DNA of 64,000 bases. Origin: an uncultured Eubacteriales bacterium. Lineage in GTDB: Bacteria > Bacillota > Clostridia > Peptostreptococcales > JAAYPU01. Position numbers and translations under genes: made by a program. Shown here one piece after another: positions 50,000-62,541 of this stretch; the first letter of the stretch is position 1, and the number at the start of each line of letters is the position of its first letter. The notes beneath the pieces were generated by a model. It made no database searches. It saw only the letters and a list, made by a program, of their open reading frames with translations, and was not told where the DNA came from. The stretch is taken from assembly GCA_964553505.1 (NCBI GenBank), contig CAZKKX010000001.1, positions 2,243 through 66,242 on the forward strand. The letters are read 5' to 3'.

Positions 50000-51352
50000 A
50001 TGAACGATCAGATTAATTTAATATGGGACAAAGCTTTAAAAATCATTAAACCAGAAATCACAGAAATAAGTTTTAATACATGGATGATTCCCATTAAACC
50101 AATTTCTATAAATTCAGATAAAGAAAAAATAACCTTATCTATATATAGTGATTTTGCAAAAGGAATAATTGAAACTCGTTATATAAACCTTATCCAAAAT
50201 GCAATAAAACAAGTATCTGGTAAAGATTATAAAGTATTATGCTTATCATCCGAAGAAAATTTTTCTGATTCTTCTGATCAGGATACTTCTAATAATAATT
50301 ATAAAGAAAGTGTAACTGATGATCTTTATCTTAATCCAAAATATATTTTTGAAACTTTCGTAATCGGAAGTAGTAATAGATTTGCTCATGCAGCTTCTTT
50401 AGCAGTTGCAGAAACACCGGCAAAAGCATATAACCCTTTGTTTATATATGGTGGTGTTGGATTAGGTAAAACTCATCTTATGCATGCTATCGGTCATTAC
50501 ATAATTCAAAATAACCCTCGCGTTAAAGTACTGTATGTATCATCTGAAAAATTTACAAATGAATTAATAAATGCTATAAAAGATGATAAAAATCCTGAAT
50601 TTAGAAGTAAGTTTAGAAATATTGATGTTCTTCTTATAGACGATATACAATTTATTGCAGGAAAAGAAAGAACACAAGAAGAATTCTTTCATACATTCAA
50701 TACTTTATATGAAGCAAATAAACAAATTATTTTATCCAGTGATCGACCACCAAAAGAAATTCCTACTTTAGAAGAAAGATTAAGATCCAGATTTGAATGG
50801 GGGCTCATTGCAGATATTCAACCTCCTGATTACGAAACACGAGTAGCTATTTTAAGAAAAAAAGCAGAAATTGAAGGTATTAGGGTTACAGAAGAATTAA
50901 CAGAAGTAATGGAATTTATTGCAGAAAAAATACAATCAAATATTCGTGAACTCGAAGGCGCTCTTATAAGAATTGTTGCTTATGCTTCCTTAACAAATAA
51001 AGATATTAACAAAGCATTAGCAAAAGAAGCATTACAGGATATTTTTTCATCACAAAACCGAAAAATTACACCTAAGATTATTAAAGATTGTGTTTCTAAA
51101 TATTTTAATCTTAAAGTAGTAGATTTAGAATCAAAAAAAAGATCACAGAATATTGCATTTCCAAGACATATTTCAATGTTTCTTTGCAGAGAAATGACAG
51201 ATTTATCTCTTACGAAGATTGGAGAAACATTTGGTGGAAGAGATCATACAACTGTTCTTCATGCCTGTGAAAAAATATCAAAAGAGAAAAAATTTAATAA
51301 TAGTTTAAATGAAATAATAAAAAGCATAATAGAAGAAATAAAATCAAATTGA
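50000..51352 (+). CDS. dnaA: Chromosomal replication initiator protein DnaA
   Basis: AAA+ Walker [11 protein letters not shown], box VII and the C-terminal DNA-binding domain ([11 protein letters not shown]). Confidence 0.98.
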   Translation: MNDQINLIWDKALKIIKPEITEISFNTWMIPIKPISINSDKEKITLSIYSDFAKGIIETRYINLIQNAIKQVSGKDYKVLCLSSEENFSDSSDQDTSNNNYKESVTDDLYLNPKYIFETFVIGSSNRFAHAASLAVAETPAKAYNPLFIYGGVGLGKTHLMHAIGHYIIQNNPRVKVLYVSSEKFTNELINAIKDDKNPEFRSKFRNIDVLLIDDIQFIAGKERTQEEFFHTFNTLYEANKQIILSSDRPPKEIPTLEERLRSRFEWGLIADIQPPDYETRVAILRKKAEIEGIRVTEELTEVMEFIAEKIQSNIRELEGALIRIVAYASLTNKDINKALAKEALQDIFSSQNRKITPKIIKDCVSKYFNLKVVDLESKKRSQNIAFPRHISMFLCREMTDLSLTKIGETFGGRDHTTVLHACEKISKEKKFNNSLNEIIKSIIEEIKSN

Positions 51353-51446
51353 TTTTTATTTTTCAACAGGTCTGTTTATTAATTTTCTATATTATAAACA
51401 ATTATTTTTTTATAAATTAATATTGATTTTACATCTTAAAATATTG

Positions 51447-51505
51447 TTATCAACAAATTAACAGGACTTATTACTATTACTACTTAAAAACAATATAAAA
51501 AATAA
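51447..51505 (+). promoter_or_regulatory. oriC unwinding module: DnaA box, GC step, DnaA-trios, AT-rich DUE
   Basis: TTATCAACA (51447-51455), then CAGGAC, then CTTATTACTATTACTACTT (51467-85; the bottom strand reads AAG TAG TAA TAG TAA TAA, i.e. repeated 5'-TA(G/A)-3' trios), then AAAAACAATATAAAAAATAA. Confidence 0.65.
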
Positions 51506-51524
51506 CGTGAGTGAAGGTGATAAA

Positions 51525-52631
51525 ATGAAAATAACATGCCAACAACAAGATCTTTCAAAAGCTTTAAATACAGTTCAAAAAGCTGTTACAAACAGAACAA
51601 CAATACCAATATTAAAAGGTATTTATTTAAATGCTGATAATGATGGAATATTACAATTGGCAGCGTCTGATTTAGATCTAAATATAGAAAAAAAAATAAG
51701 TGTATCAGTAAATGCTCCCGGTTCAATAGTTGCTTCTGCAAAATTATTCACGGAAATTATAAGAAAATTACCAGAAGGAGTAATAACAATAGAGGTAATT
51801 GATAAAAACATTTTAATAAAAAGTTATAATTCCGAATTTACAATTATAGGGCAATCTCCTGATGATTTTCCTGAAATAAATAAAACACAAACCCATGAAA
51901 ATATCGTAATAGATAAAGAAATATTTAAAAATATGATAAAGCAGACATCCTTTTCTGCAAGTATTGATGAATCAAGAGGAATTATAACCGGTGTTTTAAT
52001 TGAATTTAGCAAAGATTCCATAAATATGGTAGCTTTAGATGGTTTTAGAATGGCAATAAGAACAGAAAAAATAAATAATGACATTGATAAAAAAATTATA
52101 ATACCTTCCAGAATTTTAAATGAAATATATAAAATAATTATAGATCAGGAAGAAAAAAACATTAATATTTTACTAAATGAAAAAAATATTATTATAGAAA
52201 TAGAGAATACTGTTATTACATCAAGACTAATGGAAGGAGATTTTATAAATTATAAAGAAATAATACCTAAAAATTATACATGTAAAATAAAATTAAATAA
52301 GAACGATTTATATAATAGTATTGAAAGAGCTTCATTACTTGCAAGAGAAGGAAAGAATAATTTAATAAAGATAAAAATAGAAGATAAAAAAATGATTATT
52401 ACATCTCGTTCAGAAGAAGGAGCTGTACATGAAGAAGTTTACATTGAGAAAGAAGGAGATGAATTAGAGATAGGATTTAATTCAAAATATATTTTAGATA
52501 TATTAAGAAATATTGAAGATGAAGAAATATACTTTGAATTTATATCAAACATTAGTCCTTGTTTAGTTAGACCATTGGATGGGTTTAAATATGAATATCT
52601 GTTATTACCTGTAAGAATCTCTGTAAATTAA
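51525..52631 (+). CDS. dnaN: DNA polymerase III beta sliding clamp
   Basis: MKITCQQQDLSKALNTVQKAV... has typical DnaN length and sequence. ATG 51525 lies behind GAAGGTGA. Confidence 0.96.
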   Translation: MKITCQQQDLSKALNTVQKAVTNRTTIPILKGIYLNADNDGILQLAASDLDLNIEKKISVSVNAPGSIVASAKLFTEIIRKLPEGVITIEVIDKNILIKSYNSEFTIIGQSPDDFPEINKTQTHENIVIDKEIFKNMIKQTSFSASIDESRGIITGVLIEFSKDSINMVALDGFRMAIRTEKINNDIDKKIIIPSRILNEIYKIIIDQEEKNINILLNEKNIIIEIENTVITSRLMEGDFINYKEIIPKNYTCKIKLNKNDLYNSIERASLLAREGKNNLIKIKIEDKKMIITSRSEEGAVHEEVYIEKEGDELEIGFNSKYILDILRNIEDEEIYFEFISNISPCLVRPLDGFKYEYLLLPVRISVN

Positions 52632-52650
52632 AAACGATGGGAGTGAATTG

Positions 52651-53904
52651 ATGAATATTATAAAAAGAGATATTTCGGAAAAAAGGGCGGAACAGCTCAA
52701 AGGACGAATAAAAAATTATCTTTTTATTAAAGAAAAAATAGATAAGGGATTAGAAAGAAAAAAAGAAATAGAAGAAAGAAAAAAAACAATACTTAAAGTA
52801 TTAAATGGAACAGAAGATGATTGGAATGACTACAAATGGCAATTAAAAAATAAAATTAGTACAGTTGAGGTTTTAGATAAAATAGTAAAATTATCAGAAG
52901 AAGAAAAAGAAACATTATTAAAAATAAGCAAAAAATATCGATGGGGAATATCACCTTATTATTTAAGTTTAGTAAATTTTTCAAAAAAATATGGTCCTAT
53001 TAGATTAATGTCCATACCATTATATAATGAAATAGAAGATAATTTTGGTATGTTGGATCCAATGAGTGAAGAATATACAAATCCGGCAGGATGTATTACC
53101 AGAAGATATCCGGATCGCCTTATAATAAATGTTACAAATGAATGTGCAATGTATTGCAGATTCTGTCAAAGAAGAAGAAATATAGGACAAAAAGACAAAG
53201 CTAAAAGTAAAGAGATTATTAATGAGTCTATAAATTATATTAGCGAAAATAAAGAAATAAGAGATGTCCTTATTACAGGTGGAGACGCATTGACGCTCAA
53301 TGACGAATATATAGAATATATAGTAAGCAAAGTAAGAGAAATAAAACATGTTGAAATTATACGAATAGGAACCAGAACACCCGTCACAATGCCTCAGAGA
53401 ATAACACAAGAATTATGCGATATGTTAAAAAAATACCATCCAATCTATATAAACACGCATTTTAACCATCCAATGGAAGTAACAGAAGAAGCAAAAAATG
53501 CTTGTGAAAGATTAGCTGATGCCGGAATACCTCTTGGAAACCAAGCAGTCCTTTTAAATGGGGTAAACAATAATCCGGATGTCATGAAATGTTTAAATCA
53601 AGAACTTTTGAAATGCCGGGTAAAGCCTTATTATATTTTTCATGCTAAAAATATTAAAGGAACAACACATTTTTGTACTTCAATTGAAGATGGGCTGAGA
53701 ATTATGGATAACTTAAGAGGTTTTACTTCAGGAATGGCAATACCGACTTATATAATAAATGCACCCAAAGGAAAAGGAAAAGTTCCATTAAGCAGTAATA
53801 ACATAGTTGAAAAAGGAAAAGGATATATAATTATAAAAACCTGGGAAGGTGAACATATTAAAATCAAAAACTATGATACAATCAATATTAAACAAATAAA
53901 ATAA
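52651..53904 (+). CDS. KamA-family radical-SAM aminomutase with glutamate-2,3-aminomutase-type substrate residues
   Basis: CAMYCRFCQRRR (CxxxCxxC) cluster motif and a PLP-region KamA fold. Lys (53647-53649) and Asn (53758-53760) occupy the positions of the two lysine-binding Asp residues of lysine 2,3-aminomutase. Confidence 0.8.
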   Translation: MNIIKRDISEKRAEQLKGRIKNYLFIKEKIDKGLERKKEIEERKKTILKVLNGTEDDWNDYKWQLKNKISTVEVLDKIVKLSEEEKETLLKISKKYRWGISPYYLSLVNFSKKYGPIRLMSIPLYNEIEDNFGMLDPMSEEYTNPAGCITRRYPDRLIINVTNECAMYCRFCQRRRNIGQKDKAKSKEIINESINYISENKEIRDVLITGGDALTLNDEYIEYIVSKVREIKHVEIIRIGTRTPVTMPQRITQELCDMLKKYHPIYINTHFNHPMEVTEEAKNACERLADAGIPLGNQAVLLNGVNNNPDVMKCLNQELLKCRVKPYYIFHAKNIKGTTHFCTSIEDGLRIMDNLRGFTSGMAIPTYIINAPKGKGKVPLSSNNIVEKGKGYIIIKTWEGEHIKIKNYDTINIKQIK

Positions 53905-53980
53905 CTATTAAAAATTAGAAAAGATGAAAAGTCTTTTCTAATTTTTATTAACAACGTTTATTATGAAAAGGAGATTAGAA

Positions 53981-54187
53981 ATGAAAGAAATTCAAATAAA
54001 AGATGAATATATTAAATTATTTAAACTTTTAAAATATGCTAATTTAGTTTCTTCAGGAGGAGAAGCTAAATTTTTGATAGAAGAAGGATTAGTAAAAGTT
54101 AATAATATAATTGAAAAACAAAAAGGTAAAAAAATATATAAAAATGATATTATAGAATTTAACGAGGAAAGAATTCTTGTAAAATAA
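53981..54187 (+). CDS. yaaA: S4-domain RNA-binding protein YaaA
   Basis: 68 aa. LFKLLKYANLVSSGGEAKFLIEEGLVKVNN is S4-like. Canonical position before recF. ATG 53981 lies behind AAGGAGA. Confidence 0.88.
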   Translation: MKEIQIKDEYIKLFKLLKYANLVSSGGEAKFLIEEGLVKVNNIIEKQKGKKIYKNDIIEFNEERILVK

Positions 54188-54211
54188 AAAACTCTCTACA
54201 GGAGTCCATAT

Positions 54212-55327
54212 ATGCATATAAAAAATTTACTTTTAAAAAATTTTAGAAACTATAAAAATGAAAAAGTTAGTTTTCATAAAAAAGTTAATATTATAATAGG
54301 AAATAATGCTCAGGGAAAAACAAACCTTCTTGAAGCTTTATATATGATGTCTATAGGAAAATCATTCAGAACAAATAGAGATCAAGATATGATTATGTTT
54401 AATGAAAAAAACGCCTATTTTAAAGTCTGGTGCATAAAAGAAAATTCTGAAATTACTATTGATATTTTTTTAGATAAAAATCAAAAAAAAGCAATTAAAA
54501 TCAATGATATAAAATTGAGAAAGAATACTGATATATTAGAAAATCTTTATATAGTAGTATTTTCCCCGGAAGATCTAAAAATTGTAAAAGATGGTCCTGA
54601 AAAAAGAAGAAATTTTATAAATAGAGAGCTTTGTCTGATCAAGCCATTGTATTATCATAACTTATATAAATACAGCAAAATCATATTACAAAGAAATGCC
54701 TTTTTAAAAGAGCATAAATACGAAAACTATGACAAGAATATGTTAGAAATATGGGATAATGAATTATCCAAATATGGAATTAAAATCATAAAAGACAGGA
54801 TGAATTTTATAAAAAAATTAAATATTATAAGCAAGGAAATACATAAGAATATTACAAACGGTAAAGAAAGAATTGAATTAATATATGAAACAAATGTATT
54901 AGAAAATGAAGATATTAATAATTTAGAATTTGAAAAAATATATCTTTCAAAAATAAAAAATCATAGAAAAAAAGATTTTTTTAGAGGAAACACTAATATT
55001 GGACCACATAAGGATGATATACGTATCATGGTGAACGATAAAGATATAAGGCATTTTGGATCACAAGGCCAGCAACGAACAGCTTCATTATCTCTTAAAC
55101 TTGCAGAAATTAAACTGATAAAGGAAGAGACGGGAGAGATACCAATATTATTATTAGACGATGTTTTGTCTGAATTAGATTATTTAAGGCAGAAATATTT
55201 GATTTCTTCTTTAAAAGATGTTCAACTATTTATAACAGCAACAGAAATAAATGCTCTTTTGAAAGATAATTTAACAGATCATTATATATTTAGAGTGTTT
55301 GACGGAAAAATTATAAAAGAGAAGTAA
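54212..55327 (+). CDS. recF: DNA replication/repair protein RecF
   Basis: Walker A GNNAQGKTNLLEA, signature SQGQQRT and Walker B LLLDDV. Confidence 0.96.
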   Translation: MHIKNLLLKNFRNYKNEKVSFHKKVNIIIGNNAQGKTNLLEALYMMSIGKSFRTNRDQDMIMFNEKNAYFKVWCIKENSEITIDIFLDKNQKKAIKINDIKLRKNTDILENLYIVVFSPEDLKIVKDGPEKRRNFINRELCLIKPLYYHNLYKYSKIILQRNAFLKEHKYENYDKNMLEIWDNELSKYGIKIIKDRMNFIKKLNIISKEIHKNITNGKERIELIYETNVLENEDINNLEFEKIYLSKIKNHRKKDFFRGNTNIGPHKDDIRIMVNDKDIRHFGSQGQQRTASLSLKLAEIKLIKEETGEIPILLLDDVLSELDYLRQKYLISSLKDVQLFITATEINALLKDNLTDHYIFRVFDGKIIKEK

Positions 55328-55395
55328 ATATAAATAATTAAGTCTTATTCCAAATAACTGCTTTTCACCATACTATAATATAAGAGGTGATAATA

Positions 55396-56079
55396 ATGGC
55401 GGTTATTTTAGTATATAATAATGATACAAATGAAATTGAGAGATATCAAAGAAACGAAAATGAAATCATGCCTTATGTATATAATAACAGTCTTTCTGTA
55501 AATGAATTCAGAGGCTCATCAAATTCAGAAACATTATGGACAGATAAAAGAACAATGGAAACATGGAGTAGATTCAGAGATTATTATGGTTCTCCAATTT
55601 TTGTTGGGTTTGCTTTTAAAAGAATATGGGAAGGAGGACATAGTCCACAATCTCAGCATTATGCAGGAACAGCTTTTGATGTAGCACAAAATTTGACTAC
55701 TGCTCAAAGAAATCGACTTAGACAAAGCGCTATTAATTTTGGACAGTGGAGTTATGTGGAACCTGCTTATCTGACGCCTACATGGGTACACATGGATAAA
55801 AGAAATTTAAATCAAGCCTGCGCCAGCGGCGGATATCCTCTATTGAGAAGAGGGAACAGAAGCAATTATGTATTGATAATGCAAGATGCTTTAAATGCAC
55901 TTGGATTTACAGGATCAGGATTAGATGGGATATTTGGAGGCAATACCGAAGCTGCTGTAAGGAATTTTCAGCAAGCTTATGGAATCCCCTCGGATGGTAT
56001 AGTAGGTTGTGTTACTTGGACTATATTATCTCAATCAGCAAGAGGAATTGGATTAACACCTACTATCATAAGTCCATAA
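55396..56079 (+). CDS. Peptidase M15 (zinc D-Ala-D-Ala carboxypeptidase/endolysin-like) fused to a PG_binding_1 domain, no signal peptide
   Basis: Zinc ligand pattern SQHYAGTAFD...WVHMD. C-terminal LQDALNALGF...DGIFGGNTEAAVRNFQ...DGIVG repeat typical of the peptidoglycan-binding domain. ATG 55396 lies behind AGAGGTGA. Confidence 0.7.
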   Translation: MAVILVYNNDTNEIERYQRNENEIMPYVYNNSLSVNEFRGSSNSETLWTDKRTMETWSRFRDYYGSPIFVGFAFKRIWEGGHSPQSQHYAGTAFDVAQNLTTAQRNRLRQSAINFGQWSYVEPAYLTPTWVHMDKRNLNQACASGGYPLLRRGNRSNYVLIMQDALNALGFTGSGLDGIFGGNTEAAVRNFQQAYGIPSDGIVGCVTWTILSQSARGIGLTPTIISP

Positions 56080-56135
56080 AAAATAGATTAAAAGTAAAAT
56101 TTATATTTCTACTTGTATTTTATAAAGACAGGAGC

Positions 56136-56165
56136 ATCTTCTGTCTTTAATTATACCCTTGGTTT
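56136..56165 (+). terminator. Terminator after the M15 gene
   Basis: AAAGACAG-gagcatctt-CTGTCTTT followed by AATTAT. Confidence 0.65.
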
Positions 56166-56300
56166 AAAATAGACCCAGAAAGTTTTAATATTGCCCCAGT
56201 TTAAAAAAAAACGATAAAGTAATATTTTTTAATCAAAAACTCAAAAACACTTTAAAAAGTTCTTATAAAAGATTATAATAGTATAGTGTTTTGATTTTAA

Positions 56301-58253
<1,953 letters not shown>

Positions 58254-58268
58254 GAGAGGAAGAAAATA

Positions 58269-60785
58269 ATGGATAATAATTTTTTAGATAATAATAACAT
58301 ACTGCAAATAGACATCAATGATGAGATGAAAAAATCATATATTGATTATGCTATGAGTGTAATAGTGGGAAGAGCTCTTCCAGATGTAAGAGACGGGTTG
58401 AAACCTGTTCACAGAAGAATTTTATATGCTATGAACGAATTAGGGCTTTCTCCGGATCAGCCTTTTAGAAAATCAGCTCGTATTGTCGGGGATGTTTTAG
58501 GTAAATATCATCCGCATGGAGATTCTTCCGTGTATGATGCCATGGTTAGAATGGCACAGGATTTTTCTATTAGATATTTATTGGTAAACGGACATGGTAA
58601 TTTTGGATCCGTTGACGGTGATAGTGCTGCAGCCATGAGATATACCGAAGCAAAGATGACCAAATTGGCATCTGAAATGTTACGAGATATTAACAAAAAT
58701 ACAGTTGATTTTGAACCCAATTTTGATGAAACCCTTAAAGAACCAACTGTTTTACCCTCTAAATTTCCTAATCTCCTTGTAAATGGGTCAAATGGAATAG
58801 CAGTAGGTATGGCTACTTCTATTCCGCCGCATAATCTTGGAGAAGTTATTGATGCAACTGTTAAAATGATTGAAGACGATGAAGCTACTATTGAAGATAT
58901 AATCAGCATTATTAAAGGGCCGGATTTTCCTACAGGCGCTACTATTTTAGGAAAAAATGGCATAAAAGAAGCTTATAGAACCGGTCATGGAAAGGTAATA
59001 GTAAGAGCAAAAGCAGAGATAGAAGAAACCGGTAAAGGAAAAGAACAAATAATTATAACGGAAATTCCTTACCAGGTCAATAAATCAAGGCTTATTGAAA
59101 AAATTGCCGAACTTGTCAGAGATAAAAAGATAGAAAATATATCTGATCTTCGAGATGAATCAGACAGAAAAGGAATGCGTATTGTAATTGAATTGAAAAA
59201 AGATGCCAATCCACATATTGTTTTAAACAGGCTTTATAAGCATACTCAGCTTCAGGATACTTTTAGCATTATTTTATTGGCTTTGGTAAATGGAGAACCA
59301 AAAATACTAAATATATTTCAAATGATTCATCATTATTTGATGCATCAAAAGGATATCATAACAAAAAGAACACAATATGAACTGGAAAAAGCCGAAGACA
59401 GAGCGCACATACTGGAAGGTTTAAAAATAGCATTAGATCATATCGATGAGATTATTGCACTAATCAAAAAATCATCCAATGGTTCGGAAGCAAAAGAAAA
59501 TTTGATGAATGCTTATGATCTTTCAGAAAAACAAGCACAGGCAATTTTAGATATGCGGCTTCAGAAACTTACAGGTCTTGAAAGAGAAAAAATTGAACAA
59601 GAATATGAAGAACTTATTAAATTAATAGAAAAATACAGACAAATTCTTGAAAACGAAAATCTTCTGATGAATATTATAAAAAAAGAACTACTTGAAATTA
59701 AAGAAAACTATAACGATGAAAGACGCACATTGATTGTGGCAAGTGCAGAAGAAATAGAAGAAGAGGATTTAATACAGGAAGAAAATATTGCTATAACATT
59801 AACACATTTGGGTTATATAAAAAGACTTCCTTCCGACACATATAAGCTTCAGAGAAGAGGAGGAAAAGGCATCTCCGGTTTAACAACAAGAGAAAACGAT
59901 TTTGTTAAACAATTAATATTGACATCTACACATAATTACCTTTTATTTTTTACCAATATAGGAAAAGTTTACAGAATGAAAGCTTATGAAATTCCGGACG
60001 CAAAAAGGCAAGCTAAAGGCACGGCTATTGTCAATCTTTTAAACCTAAACCAAGGAGAAAAGATAACAGCTGTAATACCCATAAAAAACTTTGAAAAAGA
60101 AAAGTATTTGATTTCAGTTACCCAAAAAGGCGTTATAAAGAAAACAGAGCTTACTCAATTTGACACTTCGAGAAAAACAGGCATTATTGCGATAAACTTG
60201 AAAGAAGGAGATCAACTCATAAGTGTAAAACAAACTACGGGAAAAAGTGAGATTATTGTTGTCACAAAAAAGGGAAAATCGATATGTTTCAAGGAACATG
60301 ATGTTCGGGATATGGGAAGAACGGCTGCCGGTGTCAGAGCAATTATCTTGGATAAGAAAGATGAAGTAGTTGCTATGGAAGTATTTGAAATGGATTTAGT
60401 TGGAGAAATCGAATATTTATTAGTTGCTACGAAAAAGGGATATGGTAAAAGAACACATCTTAATGAATATAAAATACAAACAAGAGGCGGAAAAGGTATT
60501 TTAACTTATGACAAAGATAAGCTCAAAAAAACCGGTGACTTAATTGGAGCTGCAGTTGTTCAGGAAGAAGATGAAATAATGCTCATTAATTCCGATGGTA
60601 TTATTATTCGTTTAAATGTGAACGAAATATCCAAATTCGGAAGAGTAACACAAGGAGTAAAATTGATGAGGGTAATGGAGAATGGAAATCTTATTTCTCT
60701 TGCAAAAGTCGTAACAACCGACGCAACAGAAGAAAATGATGACAAAAAAGATGACGGACAAGAACAAATATCAATAGATGTATAA
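58269..60785 (+). CDS. gyrA: DNA gyrase subunit A
   Basis: Active-site region AAMRYTEA and the [15 protein letters not shown]-terminal beta-pinwheel repeats plus an acidic tail. Confidence 0.98.
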   Translation: MDNNFLDNNNILQIDINDEMKKSYIDYAMSVIVGRALPDVRDGLKPVHRRILYAMNELGLSPDQPFRKSARIVGDVLGKYHPHGDSSVYDAMVRMAQDFSIRYLLVNGHGNFGSVDGDSAAAMRYTEAKMTKLASEMLRDINKNTVDFEPNFDETLKEPTVLPSKFPNLLVNGSNGIAVGMATSIPPHNLGEVIDATVKMIEDDEATIEDIISIIKGPDFPTGATILGKNGIKEAYRTGHGKVIVRAKAEIEETGKGKEQIIITEIPYQVNKSRLIEKIAELVRDKKIENISDLRDESDRKGMRIVIELKKDANPHIVLNRLYKHTQLQDTFSIILLALVNGEPKILNIFQMIHHYLMHQKDIITKRTQYELEKAEDRAHILEGLKIALDHIDEIIALIKKSSNGSEAKENLMNAYDLSEKQAQAILDMRLQKLTGLEREKIEQEYEELIKLIEKYRQILENENLLMNIIKKELLEIKENYNDERRTLIVASAEEIEEEDLIQEENIAITLTHLGYIKRLPSDTYKLQRRGGKGISGLTTRENDFVKQLILTSTHNYLLFFTNIGKVYRMKAYEIPDAKRQAKGTAIVNLLNLNQGEKITAVIPIKNFEKEKYLISVTQKGVIKKTELTQFDTSRKTGIIAINLKEGDQLISVKQTTGKSEIIVVTKKGKSICFKEHDVRDMGRTAAGVRAIILDKKDEVVAMEVFEMDLVGEIEYLLVATKKGYGKRTHLNEYKIQTRGGKGILTYDKDKLKKTGDLIGAAVVQEEDEIMLINSDGIIIRLNVNEISKFGRVTQGVKLMRVMENGNLISLAKVVTTDATEENDDKKDDGQEQISIDV

Positions 60786-60892
60786 ATACGAAAAGTTATG
60801 GTCCATAAAAAGCAAAAAACATTTTAAAAATAATTAAATATTTTACAATAAAAAGGGTATATATGAATTGTTACATTAAAGGAGGTTTCAAT

Positions 60893-61213
60893 ATGACTCT
60901 GGAAATGAAAAGTTTTTTTAATAGCGAAATGAATCAATGGAAGCTGGAAGTTAAAGGTGAAATTGATGTTTTTACTGCAAAAAACCTCAGGGAAAAAATC
61001 AAAGATATCTATAATAAAAAACAAAAAGACATTATTTTAGACTTTAAGCAACTTAACTATATTGACAGTACGGGGCTGGGTGTTATTATAGGCGCCTATG
61101 GAAGAATGAAAGAAAAAAATAATAATTTGATTATTATAAATGCAAAACAGAATGTTTTAAAGCTTTTAACCATAACCGGCCTGGATAAGATACTTATTAA
61201 GACAAATTTTTAG
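60893..61213 (+). CDS. Anti-sigma-factor antagonist (STAS; RsbV/SpoIIAA-type)
   Basis: 106 aa. Phosphorylatable serine context YIDSTGLGVI. ATG 60893 lies behind AAAGGAGG. Confidence 0.9.
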   Translation: MTLEMKSFFNSEMNQWKLEVKGEIDVFTAKNLREKIKDIYNKKQKDIILDFKQLNYIDSTGLGVIIGAYGRMKEKNNNLIIINAKQNVLKLLTITGLDKILIKTNF

Positions 61214-61248
61214 TTTTATAATCAGTTTATACAGAAGGAGAGAAAAAA

Positions 61249-61650
61249 ATGACCGATTTATTAAAATTTTCTATTCCTGGAAAACCGGAATATGTCGGGG
61301 TTGTTCGTCTGGCTGCTTCATCTGTTGCGAATAGAGCGGGGTTTGATGTTGAAGCAATAGAAGATATTAAGGTTGCAGTAGCAGAAGCTTGTAATAATGC
61401 AATTCTTCATGGTATCAGCGACAATTGTTGTAATTATGAAATTGCATTTACATTAGACGAAAAAAAATTAACCATAGCTATTGATGATAACGGAAAGGGG
61501 TACGATATTGGTAATTACCAAGAACCGGACCTGGCAAATCCAAAGGAAGGCGGATTAGGTATTTTTATTATCAGAGCTCTCATGGATGAGGTACAAATCA
61601 ATTCTAATACCGGAAAAGGAACGACAATAACAATGACAAAATATATTTAA
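61249..61650 (+). CDS. Anti-sigma factor serine kinase (RsbW/SpoIIAB-type)
   Basis: HATPase_c motifs EACNNAILHG, DDNGKG and GGLGIFII. 133 aa. Confidence 0.9.
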   Translation: MTDLLKFSIPGKPEYVGVVRLAASSVANRAGFDVEAIEDIKVAVAEACNNAILHGISDNCCNYEIAFTLDEKKLTIAIDDNGKGYDIGNYQEPDLANPKEGGLGIFIIRALMDEVQINSNTGKGTTITMTKYI

Positions 61651-61663
61651 TGAGGGTGTAATA

Positions 61664-62440
61664 ATGAATATAAGGGATTTGTCCGAAAAAAAAATATCGG
61701 AATATTCAAATTCAGAGTTGTTTATTGAATATAGAAATAATAGGGATATTGAAACAAGAAATGAATTGGTTCAGAGATATTTATATATAGCCGATATACT
61801 TGTAAAAAAATACATTAATAAAGGAATAGAATATGATGATCTTTATCAAGTAGCTTCATTAGGTTTGATAAAAGCGGTTGAAAGATTTGATATAGATAAG
61901 GGTTTTGAATTCAGCAGCTTTGCAACCCCCACAATTTTAGGAGAAATTAAAAGATATTTCAGAGATAAAGGATGGGCCATAAGAGTTCCCAGAAGAATAC
62001 AAGAAATATCTCAAAAATTACAGATTGCAAAAGAAAAACTTTCTCATGAATTGCAAAGAACGCCAAAGGTATTTGAGCTTGCGGAATATTTAAACAGTAC
62101 GGAAGATGAAATTTTGCAGGCGATGGAAGCGTCTACAGTTTTTGAAATACAATCTATTAATCAAACTTATGATAATGATGAAAGTGACAATAATTTAAAG
62201 CTGGAAGAAGCTATAGGTCATCAAGATTATAATTTCAAAAAGCTTGAGAATCAGGATTTGATAAAAAAAGTATTAGAATCTATGCCCCATATAGAAAAAG
62301 AAATATTTATTCAACGGTTTTTGAACGAAAAAACCCAAGTTGAAATTGCAGGAAAAATGCAGGTATCACAAATGACTATTTCAAGAATGGAGAAAAAAAT
62401 TATCGGGCGATTTAAAGATGAACTCATAAAATCAGAATAA
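61664..62440 (+). CDS. Sigma-70 family sigma factor of the SigB/SigF/SigG group (SigB-like by context)
   Basis: Region 2 (DLYQVASLGLIKAVERFD...FSSFATPTILGEIKRYFRD), regions 3 and 4 (QVEIAGKMQVSQMTISR). It follows rsbV-rsbW, and the placement right after gyrA resembles the recalled C. difficile sigB locus. Confidence 0.85.
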   Translation: MNIRDLSEKKISEYSNSELFIEYRNNRDIETRNELVQRYLYIADILVKKYINKGIEYDDLYQVASLGLIKAVERFDIDKGFEFSSFATPTILGEIKRYFRDKGWAIRVPRRIQEISQKLQIAKEKLSHELQRTPKVFELAEYLNSTEDEILQAMEASTVFEIQSINQTYDNDESDNNLKLEEAIGHQDYNFKKLENQDLIKKVLESMPHIEKEIFIQRFLNEKTQVEIAGKMQVSQMTISRMEKKIIGRFKDELIKSE

Positions 62441-62445
62441 TGATA

Positions 62446-62482
62446 ACTTCCTTTGAAAAAACAAGGGAAGTTTTTGCTTGTC
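62446..62482 (+). terminator. Terminator of the sigma operon
   Basis: AACTTCCTTTG-aaaaaa-CAAGGGAAGTT followed by TTTGCTTG. Confidence 0.7.
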
Positions 62483-62541
62483 TTTTGAATAGAAAAAAAC
62501 TATTATAGTAATGATAACAACAATAGGAGAGGTGTTTAAAA

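Noticed and set aside
62441-62541. Possible T-box leader upstream of trpS.
   Set aside because: The spacer is only about 100 nt, and about 40 nt of it is the sigma-operon terminator. There is no specifier stem or T-box sequence (AANNNGGGTGGNACC-like).
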